NCBI GenBank assembly: GCA_963828255.1 | Contig: CAWHDZ010000011.1 | Span: 96,001 to 160,000 of the forward strand | Source of the DNA: an uncultured delta proteobacterium | Lineage (GTDB): Bacteria > Myxococcota > Myxococcia > Myxococcales > Anaeromyxobacteraceae | Length of the DNA stretch: 64,000 nucleotides | Direction: 5' to 3' | In this document: positions 10,263-23,216 of the stretch, in pieces | Numbering within the stretch: the stretch's first letter is position 1 | Layout of the letters: every line of letters begins with the position of its first letter | The notes under the pieces: generated by a model | Databases searched by the model: none | The model's input: only the letters and a program-made list of their open reading frames with translations | Told to the model about the DNA's origin: nothing | Translations under genes and position numbers: made by a program

Positions 10263-10275
10263 CAGGACTCCTCTC

Positions 10276-11264
10276 TCACGGCCTGGCCGGGGCGGCGTGC
10301 GACGCGAGCACGCCCTTCATGAAGAGCTCTCCCGCCCGGTAGCTCGACCGGACCAGCGGACCGCTCGCGACGTAGCGGAAGCCGAGGCGCCGCCCCTCCG
10401 ACTCGTAGGCGGCGAAGGCCTCGGGGGTCACGAACTCGACCACCGGCAGGTGCCAGGCCGAGGGGCGGAGGTACTGGCCGAGCGTCAGGACCTCGACGCC
10501 GACCGCGCGCAGGTCGCGCATCGACTGCTCGACCTCGGCGGCCCGCTCCCCCAGCCCGACCATGATGGAGGACTTGGTCACCACCCCGGGGAACTCCCGC
10601 TTCATCTGCTCGAGCACCCCCAGGGTCTGGTCGTAGCCGGCCCGGCCGTCCCGCACCGCCGGCGTGAGGCGACGGACGGTCTCCAGGTTGTTCGCGAAGA
10701 CGTCGGGGGAGGCCCTTCCGACCGTCCGGACCGCGTCGACGCTCCCCTGGAAGTCTGGGGTCAGCACCTCGACGAGGAGCCCCGGGACCTCCTTCAGGCG
10801 CCGAATGGCCTCGGCGAAGTGGGCCGCGCCTCCGTCGGGCAGGTCGTCGCGGTCCACGCTCGTCACCACCACGTAGTCGAGCGAGAGCTTGCGGATCGCC
10901 TCGGCGATGTGGCGCGGCTCGTCGGGGTCGAGCGCAGGGGGGCGGGCCGCTGTCTTCACCTGGCAGAAGCGGCAGCCCCGGGTGCAGGTGTCGCCCATGA
11001 GCATCACCGTGGCCGTGCCGCCCCCCCAGCACTCGGCGACGTTCGGGCAGTGGGCCTCGGCGCAGACGGTGTGGAGCTTCAGGCCGGACAGGGTGTCCCG
11101 GACCCGGCCGTACCGCTCCCCCCGGGGACCCCCACCCGGAGCCAGCCGGGCTTGCGGGCGTTCACCGGCAGCCCGGCCGCCCGGATCGAGGCGAGCGCCT
11201 CCCGCCCCCCGTCGTCGGCGGGGTCGGGGGCGATCACCGGCAGTCTGGATCCGGGGGTGGTCAT
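10276..11264 (-). CDS. lipA: Lipoyl synthase, split by a 1-nt frameshift at the G run 11118-11123
   Basis: N-terminal [13 protein letters not shown] in one frame; [34 protein letters not shown] in another; adding one G restores PGGERYGRV. Confidence 0.9.
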
Positions 11265-11375
11265 CCGGGCGGTTCCTATACGCCGGCCCCGGCCGGTTCA
11301 AGGGTGCTTGCACCCCCTCCCGCGGCGGGACTTCCCGTGGCCCACCGAGCCCCCGTGGGGTATGTAGGTAGCCCA

Positions 11376-12463
11376 ATGACAGGCGACCCGTCGAGCCTGG
11401 AGCCGGACGACGGCACGGCGACACGCGTGCTGATCGTGGACGATGACGCGGTCGTCCGCGACGCCATCGGCATGGTGCTCACCGACGAGGGCTACGAGTG
11501 CCAGACCACCTCCGGGGCCGAGTCCGCGCTCGACCTGGTCCGCGCGGCCGACCCGCATCTCGTCATCAGCGACATGAAGATGCCCGGCAAGGACGGGCTC
11601 TGGCTCCTCGACCGGCTTCGCCGCGAGCGGCCCGACACCGCCGTGGTGATGCTGACCGCCTACGGCGACACCGAGGCCGCGGTGGAGTGCCTGCGCCGGG
11701 GGGCCACCGACTATCTCCTCAAGCCGCCCAGGTCCGCGGATCTCCTGCGGGCCATCGATCGCGCTCTCTCCCGCCGCCGGGACGAGCGCGCCCGGGAGCG
11801 CTACCGGACCAGCCTGCAGCGGACGGTCCGCGAGAAGGCCACCGACCTGCGGCGCGCGCTCGTCGAGGTGGAGGCCGCCTACAACAGCACCCTCTACGCG
11901 CTGGTGGCGGCGCTCGATGCCCGGGAGCACGAGACCGGCGACCACTCCCAGCGCGTGGGGCGCTACACGCTGGCACTCGCCGACCGCCTGGGCGTCCCCA
12001 TGGGTGAGCGGCACGACATCTTCCGCGGGGCGCTCCTGCACGACATCGGCAAGATCGGCGTGCCCGACGCCATCCTGCTCAAGCCCGGGCCGCTCGACCC
12101 CTCCGAGTGGGAGGAGATGCGCAAGCACCCCCAGACCGGCTTCAACATCCTCAAGTCGATCGGTTTCCTCCGGATCCCGGCCGACATCGTGCTCTCCCAC
12201 CAGGAGCGCTTCGACGGCTCCGGCTATCCCCGCGGGCTGGGCGGAGACAACATCCCGGTGGGGGCGCGGATCTTCGCCATCGCCGATGCGCTCGACGCGA
12301 TGTCGAGCGACCGCCCCTACCGGAAGAGCCTGGGCTTCGCCCGGGCCATCGAGGAGATCGCCCGGCAGTCGGGGACCCAGTTCGATCCCATGGTGGTCGA
12401 GGCGCTCCTCGCCATCGGCCAGGCCGGCATCGAGACCATCGCAAGGCTGGAGACCCGTCCCCT

Positions 12464-12467
<4 letters not shown>
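11376..12467 (+). CDS. Response regulator with HD-GYP (c-di-GMP phosphodiesterase) output domain
   Basis: [46 protein letters not shown]. Confidence 0.93.
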
Positions 12468-14875
<2,408 letters not shown>

Positions 14876-14901
14876 ACCCCGGCCAGACCGGGAATCGGCG
14901 C

Positions 14902-16224
<1,323 letters not shown>

Positions 16225-16280
16225 CTATTTGCCCGCTCGATCGCGTGGACGTCAACCGATCTTCGCACCCCGCCCCGGGC

Positions 16281-16451
16281 CTACCCGTAATCGATGATGA
16301 TGACCCCGCCGGATGGTGGCGGCTCGGGCGGCTTCTCGTCGTCGGAGGGCCGGTCCGGCGCCTGGACGGGGATCTGGATCCCGGGACGGTCGTCGCGGCC
16401 GCGCTCCCGCTCACGCCGGCGGATCTCCTCGATCACGAACGCGTCCAGCAT
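16281..16451 (-). CDS. Small 56-aa hypothetical protein (below ORF-track cutoff)
   Basis: ATG with strong SD GGAGGAGG; MLDAFVIEEIRRRERERGRDDRPGIQIPV...GGVIIIDYG; GC3-rich codons; co-oriented between SRPBCC gene and eno. Confidence 0.75.
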   Translation of the reverse strand: MLDAFVIEEIRRRERERGRDDRPGIQIPVQAPDRPSDDEKPPEPPPSGGVIIIDYG

Positions 16452-16513
16452 CCCCTGCCCACCTCCTCCGATCTCGGTAGCACGCGCAGATCGGAGGGGT
16501 CAAGAACGCGAGG

Positions 16514-16963
16514 TCAACGACCTTTTTCGGCCTGCGCCTTGAACGCGTCCAGCGTGCGCGGGAGCTGGACCTTGGTCAGCTCGTCGCTCACCCGGTCCAT
16601 GATGGCCTGGGGCACGAGCGGCGGCTTCTGGACCTGCACCTCCACGGTGTAGCGCGCCAGGGTCTTCCCGGCGTGGTGGGAGAGCTCCCAGGCGCCGTTG
16701 GAGACCTTCATCATCTCGCCCTTGACGAGCGACCAGGTCATCTTCGTCGGCGCCTGCTCCACGTGACGCAGCACGTACCTGATGGTCTTCACCCCCAGAT
16801 CCACCTCGTACTCGACGTCCTTCACGCCCTTGTCGTCGTGGACCACCCGGCAGCCCTTCACCCCGGGGACGAAGCCCGGATAGGCGCCGTAGTCGGCCAC
16901 CACCTCCCAGAAGCGCTCCACCGGCACGTCCACCACCATCTCCTTGGATACCTTCGACGCCAT
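16514..16963 (-). CDS. SRPBCC/START-fold protein (polyketide cyclase/RatA-like)
   Basis: VVADYGAYPGFVPGVK, WSLVKGEMMKVSNGAWEL. Confidence 0.8.
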   Translation of the reverse strand: MASKVSKEMVVDVPVERFWEVVADYGAYPGFVPGVKGCRVVHDDKGVKDVEYEVDLGVKTIRYVLRHVEQAPTKMTWSLVKGEMMKVSNGAWELSHHAGKTLARYTVEVQVQKPPLVPQAIMDRVSDELTKVQLPRTLDAFKAQAEKGR

Positions 16964-16985
16964 GGGGCCTCCGTCCTCTCCGGTG

Positions 16986-17951
16986 CTACCAGCTGTGGGC
17001 GTGATCGCGCGGGAAGTGGTGCTCGGTCTCGATGTAGCGCACCGTCCCGGTCCGGCTGCGCATCACCACGGAGTGGGTCCGGGCCCCGTCCCCGGTGAAG
17101 CGGACGCCCTTCAGGAAGTCGCCGTTGGTGACCCCGGTCCCGGCGAACATGACGTCGCCGCGGGCCAGCTCGTCGATGCGGAAGACCTTCTCCATGTCCT
17201 CGATGCCCATGGCCCGGGCCCGCTCCCGCTCGGCGTCGTTGCGGTAGCGCAGCCGGCCCTGGAGGTCGCCCCCCATGCAGCGCAGCGCGGCGGCGCTGAT
17301 GATCCCCTCCGGGGCTCCGCCGATGCCGATCAGGATGTCGATCCCGGTGTCGGGGAGGCAGGTGTTGATGGCCGCGGAGACGTCCCCGTCCCCGATGAGC
17401 CGGATGCGGGCGCCCGCCTCGCGCACCTCCCGGATGATCTGGTCGTGCCGGGGCCGGTCGAGGATGACCACGGTCAGGTCCTCCACGTACTTTCCGAGGG
17501 CGTCGGCGACGGCGTGGAGGTTGGCGGCGACCGGCAGGGTCAGGTCCACCGCGCCACGCGCGTCCGGGCCGACCGCGATCTTCTCCATGTAGGTGTCGGG
17601 CGCGCGCAGCAGGGCCCCCTTGGGCCCCATGGCGATGACGCTGATGGCGTTGGCGGCGCCGGTGGCGCAGAGGCGGGTGCCCTCGAGCGCGTCGAGGGCC
17701 AGCTCGACGGCCACGGACCCGGCGCTGGCCTTGCCGACGCGCTCCCCGACGTAGAGCATCGGGGCCTCACCCTTCTCCCCCGCCCCGATCACCACCTCGC
17801 CCTCGACGTCGAGGTCGCCGAGCGCGCGCCGCATGGCCTCGGTGGCGGCCCGGTCGGCCGTGCCCCGATCCCCGCGCCCCATGAGGCGGGCCGAGGCCAG
17901 GGCCGAGGCCTCGGTGATGCGAACGCCTTCCAGAGCCAGATTGCGGTCCAT
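16986..17951 (-). CDS. glpX: Fructose-1,6-bisphosphatase class II
   Basis: MDRNLALE, ADRAA, APMLYVGE, APDTYMEK, LDRPRH, DGDV, GGAPEG. Confidence 0.93.
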   Translation of the reverse strand: MDRNLALEGVRITEASALASARLMGRGDRGTADRAATEAMRRALGDLDVEGEVVIGAGEKGEAPMLYVGERVGKASAGSVAVELALDALEGTRLCATGAANAISVIAMGPKGALLRAPDTYMEKIAVGPDARGAVDLTLPVAANLHAVADALGKYVEDLTVVILDRPRHDQIIREVREAGARIRLIGDGDVSAAINTCLPDTGIDILIGIGGAPEGIISAAALRCMGGDLQGRLRYRNDAERERARAMGIEDMEKVFRIDELARGDVMFAGTGVTNGDFLKGVRFTGDGARTHSVVMRSRTGTVRYIETEHHFPRDHAHSW

Positions 17952-17967
17952 GGTTCCTCCCTCCAGC

Positions 17968-18372
17968 CTATGCGATCCCCTCGCCTGCCTTCATCCGCGC
18001 GGCGAAGTCGTCCGGCAACCGCCGGATGCGTCCGCTTCCGTCCACGCAGGCGTGGACGGTGAAGCCCGTGGCGAGGAGGTCGTCGCCCCTCTTCACGGCG
18101 TACTCGAACCGCGCCGAGGCCCGCCTTGCCAGCACCAGGCTCGTCTCCACCGACACCAGGTCGTCGTAGCGGGCCGGCTGGAGGTAGTTCACGCCGGCCT
18201 CGGCGACCGGGAGGATGAGCTTCTCCCGGGACTCGAACTCGGAGTAGGAGAGCCCCTTGGCCCGGAGGAACTCGGTGCGCCCCGCCTCGAACCAGCGGAG
18301 GTAGTTGGCGTAGTACACGACCCCCATCTGGTCGGTGTCGCCGTAGATCACCCGGAGCTCGCAGCGGACCAT
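17968..18372 (-). CDS. Acyl-CoA thioesterase (YbgC/FadM hotdog family)
   Basis: RVIYGDTDQMGVVYYANYLRWFEAGRTE. Confidence 0.9.
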   Translation of the reverse strand: MVRCELRVIYGDTDQMGVVYYANYLRWFEAGRTEFLRAKGLSYSEFESREKLILPVAEAGVNYLQPARYDDLVSVETSLVLARRASARFEYAVKRGDDLLATGFTVHACVDGSGRIRRLPDDFAARMKAGEGIA

Positions 18373-18376
18373 CGGT

Positions 18377-19687
18377 TCAGACCTGCTCGATGCGGATGAG
18401 CCTCGTGGGCGCGGCGGTGGTGTCGTAGGCGTCGATCTCCCCGATGGCCAGGCGGAGGTCGGCCTCGCGCGCCTGGTGGGTCACGATGACCAGGGGAACC
18501 GGAGCCCCCTCCTCCATGTGCTCGCGCTGCTGCACCGCGGCGATGGAGATCCCGTGCTTCGCGAGCGTGGCGGCGATGCGCGCCAGGACGCCGGGCGCAT
18601 CCTTCACCGAGAAGCGCAGGTAGTAGCCGGTCCGGATCTCGGCGTGGGAACGGAGCCGCACCAGCGAGGCGGCCGGCGGGAGCGGAACCCGGCCCGGGCT
18701 TCCCGAGAGCAGGTTGCGGGAGAGGTCGATGATGTCGGCCACCACCGCGCTCCCGGTGGGCATGGCCCCTGCCCCCTGGCCGAAGAGCAGCGTCGGCCCG
18801 AGCGCCTCCGACCGGAGCAGCACGGCGTTCATGGCCCCGCGGACCCCGGCCAGCATGGAGTCGCCCGGGATGAACGCGGGGTGAACCCTGGCCTCGATGA
18901 GCCCGTCGCCGCCGTTGGGCCCGGAGCGCCGGGCGACGGCCAGGAGCTTGAGCGCATAGCCGAACTCCTTCGCCCAGGCGAAGTCCTCGGGGATGAGCCC
19001 CATGATCCCCTCGGTGAGGACGTCCTGGGGGGCCAGCCTTGCTCCGAAGGCGAGCTGGGCGAGCAGGCAGAGCTTCTGGGCCGCGTCGCCGCCCGAGACG
19101 TCGAGCGTGGGATCGGCCTCGGCGTAGCCGAGCCGCTGCGCCTCGGCGAGCGCCTTCTCGAGCGGTTCCCCCTTCTCCGCCATCGAGGTGAGGATGAAGT
19201 TGGTGGTCCCGTTGACGATGCCGTGGATGGCCTGGATGCGGTCGGACGCCAGCGCCTCGCGCAGCGTGCGGATGACCGGCACTCCGCCCGCGACGGCCCC
19301 CTCGTAGTAGACGTCGACCCCCTTCTCCTGCGCGAGCCGGAAGATCTCGTCGCCGTGGAAGGCCAGCAGCGCCTTGTTGGCGGTGACCACGTGCTTGCCG
19401 GCGCCGAGGGCGGCGAGGACCAGGCTGCGCGCCTCGGTCGTCCCGCCCACCAGCTCGACCACCACCTGGACGGTCGGGTCCTCGATCAGGTCCTGGTAGC
19501 GGGTGGTGAGCAGGGAGCGGTCCAGGTCGATGGCCCGCTCCTTCTCCGGGTCCCGCACGGCCACCCGCCGGACGACGATGCGCGCTCCCAGCCGCGCCTC
19601 GATCTCCCGGGCGTGGCTGCGGAGGATGGAGAGGACCCCGCCCCCCACGATGCCGAATCCTGCGATTCCGATGCCGACCTCTTTCAT
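18377..19687 (-). CDS. hom: Homoserine dehydrogenase with ACT domain
   Basis: GFGIVG, VVTANK, AVAGGVP, NGTTNFIL, GYAEADP, GAGAMPT, DAPGVLA. Confidence 0.96.
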   Translation of the reverse strand: MKEVGIGIAGFGIVGGGVLSILRSHAREIEARLGARIVVRRVAVRDPEKERAIDLDRSLLTTRYQDLIEDPTVQVVVELVGGTTEARSLVLAALGAGKHVVTANKALLAFHGDEIFRLAQEKGVDVYYEGAVAGGVPVIRTLREALASDRIQAIHGIVNGTTNFILTSMAEKGEPLEKALAEAQRLGYAEADPTLDVSGGDAAQKLCLLAQLAFGARLAPQDVLTEGIMGLIPEDFAWAKEFGYALKLLAVARRSGPNGGDGLIEARVHPAFIPGDSMLAGVRGAMNAVLLRSEALGPTLLFGQGAGAMPTGSAVVADIIDLSRNLLSGSPGRVPLPPAASLVRLRSHAEIRTGYYLRFSVKDAPGVLARIAATLAKHGISIAAVQQREHMEEGAPVPLVIVTHQAREADLRLAIGEIDAYDTTAAPTRLIRIEQV

Positions 19688-20286
19688 CTCGTTGTCCTCA
19701 CGATGCGATGGGATGCCAGCTCCGCCTTCACCTGGGGGACCCTCTTGCCACCCACCAGCGCGAAGGTCTCGATGCGGACCGGCCCGACGCCCGGCGCGTA
19801 GGTGGTCTCCAGGATCACCTCTGCGTCGTCGCCGGCGCGGTTGCGGGCGCGCACCAGGATGCAGTCCTCGAAGTTGCCGGCCGGCACCGCGGCGGTGAGG
19901 CCGGTGGCGGCGATCTGGTAGCGCTCGGTGGAGGTCTCGCTCACGATGGAGATCCAGGAGCGCTCGGCCTCGAAGGGGGCGCAGAGGATCCGGCGGACCC
20001 GGTCCTGGATGCAGCCGTGGGCGACCTTGAGCGCCCCCCGCGAGTCGTCCACGAAGTATCCCTCGGCGTCGCGGGACACGATGCGGACGGTTCGGCGCTT
20101 CGGCGCGCCCTCGCCGGCGACCGGGGAGCGGTCGACCCAGGTCCACTCGTTGCCCACCGCGAGCGGGAAGTAGGCGGTCGGGTCGGGGGCGGCCGGGGCC
20201 CGGGCCGGCGCCTGCGTGGGTGCGTGCGCGCAGGCCACGAGCGCGGCCAGGAGGAGCAGTGCGGGTCTCCGGATCACGACGCGCAT
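19684..20286 (-). CDS. Hypothetical lipoprotein
   Basis: Hydrophobic leader ending LVAC; YFPLAVGNEW and VPAGNF...YAPGVG repeats typical of beta-rich exported proteins. Confidence 0.7.
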   Translation of the reverse strand: MRVVIRRPALLLLAALVACAHAPTQAPARAPAAPDPTAYFPLAVGNEWTWVDRSPVAGEGAPKRRTVRIVSRDAEGYFVDDSRGALKVAHGCIQDRVRRILCAPFEAERSWISIVSETSTERYQIAATGLTAAVPAGNFEDCILVRARNRAGDDAEVILETTYAPGVGPVRIETFALVGGKRVPQVKAELASHRIVRTTR

Positions 20287-20318
20287 CTTACCCTCAAAGC
20301 CGCCACCGCACGCGTGGT

Positions 20319-21209
20319 TCACCGCGCCCCGCCTCCCACCTTGCCGGCCGCGCGCCGCCGCCGGGCGTCACCGAGCGCGTCCCGTGCGGCCTGGGCGACG
20401 AACGGGTCGGGGTGAGCGGAGGCCATCGTCTCGAGGTAGGCCTCCGCCTCGTCGCCACCGATGTCCCCGACGGCCCTGACCATCTGGGCCACGAAGGGCC
20501 CCTCCCGCCGGCGGGAGAGCTCGACGATGGGACCGACCGCCCTGGGGTCTCCGATCTGGGCGAGCGCGCCGACGGCGCGGCTCGCGATGGTCGGGTCGGG
20601 GTCCTGGAGACGCGCCAGCAGCCCGGGAACCGCGGCCGGATTCTTCCGGTCGGCGAGGACGCCCACGGCGAGATCCCTCGTCCGGGGATCGGCCGATTCC
20701 AGGTCGCGGATGACCTCCGCGTCCGGCTTGCGGGACTCGGCGAGCGCCAGCGCGAGGCCGCTCGCCGCACGCACCGAGGTGGACAGGATGGCGCGGCGGA
20801 AGGCGCTCCCCGCCGGCTCCCCGGGGACGACGGACTCGGCGCCGCGCACCCTGTCGGCGAGCGTGTCGGCGCCGTCACCGGGCGTGACCTCCAGCCGGAG
20901 GAGCACCTCCGCCTGGGCGCCCGTCCCCTTCGCCACGAGGCGCGCGTCCTCGAGCGACACCGAGCCGCGGCAGCGAAGCGCCCCCTTCGGCGGCTCGGCC
21001 GCCGGCACCACGAACCCGGGGGTTCGCGCGAAGGCGTCCAGGGCGATGCGCCGGAGATCGTCCCTGCCGATCCCCACCGCCGCCATCTGGAACGGGCCCG
21101 GCCCCTCCTCGACGGTGACGCCGGTCACCACGCAGGGTGCGGGCTTGCCCCGGCAACCAGCCGAGGCGAGCACCAGGATGCCGGCGAGGAGCCCTGCAGC
21201 CGTTCGCAT
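20319..21209 (-). CDS. HEAT-repeat lipoprotein
   Basis: Lipobox SAGC; HEAT_2/PBS-like repeats AVPGLLARLQDPD...ALAQIGDPRAV. Confidence 0.78.
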   Translation of the reverse strand: MRTAAGLLAGILVLASAGCRGKPAPCVVTGVTVEEGPGPFQMAAVGIGRDDLRRIALDAFARTPGFVVPAAEPPKGALRCRGSVSLEDARLVAKGTGAQAEVLLRLEVTPGDGADTLADRVRGAESVVPGEPAGSAFRRAILSTSVRAASGLALALAESRKPDAEVIRDLESADPRTRDLAVGVLADRKNPAAVPGLLARLQDPDPTIASRAVGALAQIGDPRAVGPIVELSRRREGPFVAQMVRAVGDIGGDEAEAYLETMASAHPDPFVAQAARDALGDARRRRAAGKVGGGAR

Positions 21210-21237
21210 GGCCCTCCCCCCGCCCCCCGGCCCCCCG

Positions 21238-23076
21238 TCAGGTCCCCTCGCCCGGATCCCTGGGCGGAGCGTCTCCGGAAGGAGGCGCCGGAGGCTGCGG
21301 TGCGCTCCCCTCGGCGCCCTGCGGCGCGGCCGCGCCATCGGGCCGGCGTTCCCCGCGTCCACGGCCGCCACGGCGCCTGCGACGGCGACGCCTGCGGCGC
21401 GCCTCTCCGGCGGCGCCCTCCTTGGGCGCCTCGCCCGGCGCACCCTCGGAGGCCTGGGCCTCCGGCGTGCCGTCGTCGTCGCCCTCGTCGTCGCCGTCCC
21501 CGCCGTCGTCGGCGTCATCGTCCTCGGGAAGGGGCTCCGTCCGGGCCGCCTCGGCCGCTGGCAGGAGCGCGAACGGGGCGGCCGGAGGGACGGTTTCCTC
21601 GCCGGCGGGACGCTCCTCGGGGGTGGGGGCCGGGTAGACCGCGATGGCGGCGATCTCGACGACCTCGTCGGACCCGGCGGCCACCGGCTCCGGGCGCGGA
21701 CGACGCTCCTCGCGCCGTTCGCGGTCCCTGCCCCGGTCACGGTCGCGGTCGCGATCCCTTTCACGGCCGCGCGCCTGACCAGGACCCTGCTCCGGGCCAC
21801 GCTCCGGGGCGGCGGAATCGTCACGTTCCTCGCGCCCCTCCCGGCGATCCCGCTCCTCCCGGCGCGCCCTGCGGGCCGCTTCCTCGCGCTGCGCCGCCTC
21901 CGCCGCCGTGGCGAGGAACTCCTCGTCCGCCTCGGGGATGGAGACGATGCGGCAACCGATGCCTGCATCGGCGAAGGCCTCGGCGAACGCCTCACCGGCG
22001 ACGAGCAGGACGGGCATCTGCCCGGCCGCGGAGGCCTCTCCGCGGGCATCCCGCTGGGCCTCCCCCGAGCTCACCAGCACGCCGATCTGGGCGCCGTAGT
22101 GGCCGAGGTCGCGCCGGACGTCGGCGACGTCCCGCCTGCCGATGTCTCCCCCCGTGCGCAGGACGCGGACGGCGTGGCGGACCTCCACGAGCCCCATGCG
22201 CTTGCGCCCGGTGAAGACCACGCTCTCCCGGCCGCGCTTCGCGACCTTGACCTCGCGCAGTCCGTCCTTCTCGAGCAGCCGCTCGACCAGGTGCTCGATG
22301 GTCGGGCCGTCGCACTCGCGCAGGCGGCGCCGGAGCGCGGCCAGGGCCGAGCGGCGCATCTCCGCAGGGCTCGCCATCGAGCGCGAGGCCACCACGGGCG
22401 CCGGCCGGTCTCCCGGCTCGGGCGCAGCGCCGAGGACGATGGTCTCCCCGTCGATGGAGAAGAGCGACTTGCGGCCAGCCGACTCCCTGCGCCGGTTGTC
22501 CTCGAGCAGCGCCGCGGCCAGCGAGGCCGTGTCCCGAACGAAGGCGTCGGGCATGAGCATCCGCTCCGCCCCCAGCGAGGCCAGTTCACGCAGGGTGAGC
22601 GGCCGGTCGGCCCCCGAAAGGATCTCGTAGGCCACCTCGGCGGGCGGCGGGTAGCGACGCTTCTTCTCGTCGACCTCCTCGCGCCTCCTCCCCCGTCCCG
22701 GTTCCCGTGACGCTTCGCGTCCTGCATCGCGCCCCGCGCCCCGGGAGAGCTCCCGGGTGGGGATGGGATGGCGTTCGCGTGGGCGGTAGGCCGGCTCGCC
22801 GACGGGCGGCGGCTCGACCAGGTTCTCGAGCCCCAATGGGTCCTCGGGCAGGCCCCATTCTTCCAGGGCGAAGGTCGCGTGCTGGATCACGACGATGGCC
22901 CGATCCGACCGCGGCAACTTGCAGTGCGCGGCCAGCTGGTCGGCCATCGTGTCCTCGGGAATCTTCCCGACGTGGTCGAGAAGGCTCTCGTGGATCGCGA
23001 TCTCGGCGATCTTCCGGAAGTGGAGTGGCTTGCCTTCCCGCTTCAGCACCTCGACGGCTGCTTCGGTGAAGGTCAT
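21238..23076 (-). CDS. HARE-HTH domain protein with Mrr-like endonuclease-fold domain and long charged tail
   Basis: MTFTEAAVEVLKREGKPLHFRKIAE (HARE-HTH), second HTH AYEILSGADRPL, Mrr_cat-like EHLVERLL...GVLVS...VLLVAG. Confidence 0.8.
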   Translation of the reverse strand: MTFTEAAVEVLKREGKPLHFRKIAEIAIHESLLDHVGKIPEDTMADQLAAHCKLPRSDRAIVVIQHATFALEEWGLPEDPLGLENLVEPPPVGEPAYRPRERHPIPTRELSRGAGRDAGREASREPGRGRRREEVDEKKRRYPPPAEVAYEILSGADRPLTLRELASLGAERMLMPDAFVRDTASLAAALLEDNRRRESAGRKSLFSIDGETIVLGAAPEPGDRPAPVVASRSMASPAEMRRSALAALRRRLRECDGPTIEHLVERLLEKDGLREVKVAKRGRESVVFTGRKRMGLVEVRHAVRVLRTGGDIGRRDVADVRRDLGHYGAQIGVLVSSGEAQRDARGEASAAGQMPVLLVAGEAFAEAFADAGIGCRIVSIPEADEEFLATAAEAAQREEAARRARREERDRREGREERDDSAAPERGPEQGPGQARGRERDRDRDRDRGRDRERREERRPRPEPVAAGSDEVVEIAAIAVYPAPTPEERPAGEETVPPAAPFALLPAAEAARTEPLPEDDDADDGGDGDDEGDDDGTPEAQASEGAPGEAPKEGAAGEARRRRRRRRRRGGRGRGERRPDGAAAPQGAEGSAPQPPAPPSGDAPPRDPGEGT

Positions 23077-23133
23077 GAAAGTCTCAGGATTCCTTGAAGT
23101 TTTCGCGGCGGATGTCGCCGCGGGCAATCGCTC

Positions 23134-23162
23134 ATCTTGTGTCGAGGTCGGGCCCCTGTCAA
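23134..23162 (-). promoter_or_regulatory. Candidate sigma70 promoter for the HARE-HTH gene
   Basis: TTGACA-17 nt-CAAGAT on minus strand. Confidence 0.45.
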
Positions 23163-23216
23163 CGTGGAATTCCTCCGAATCACCGGAGATTTACGTCACG
23201 TGGAGGGTTGCGGCGG

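Noticed and set aside
11112..11135. Programmed ribosomal frameshift in lipA
   Set aside because: Same one-G loss pattern as pyrR and no known precedent; homopolymer error is more parsimonious
21238..23076. Active type IV restriction or defence island
   Set aside because: Catalytic motifs look degenerate and the neighbours are housekeeping genes with host-like composition
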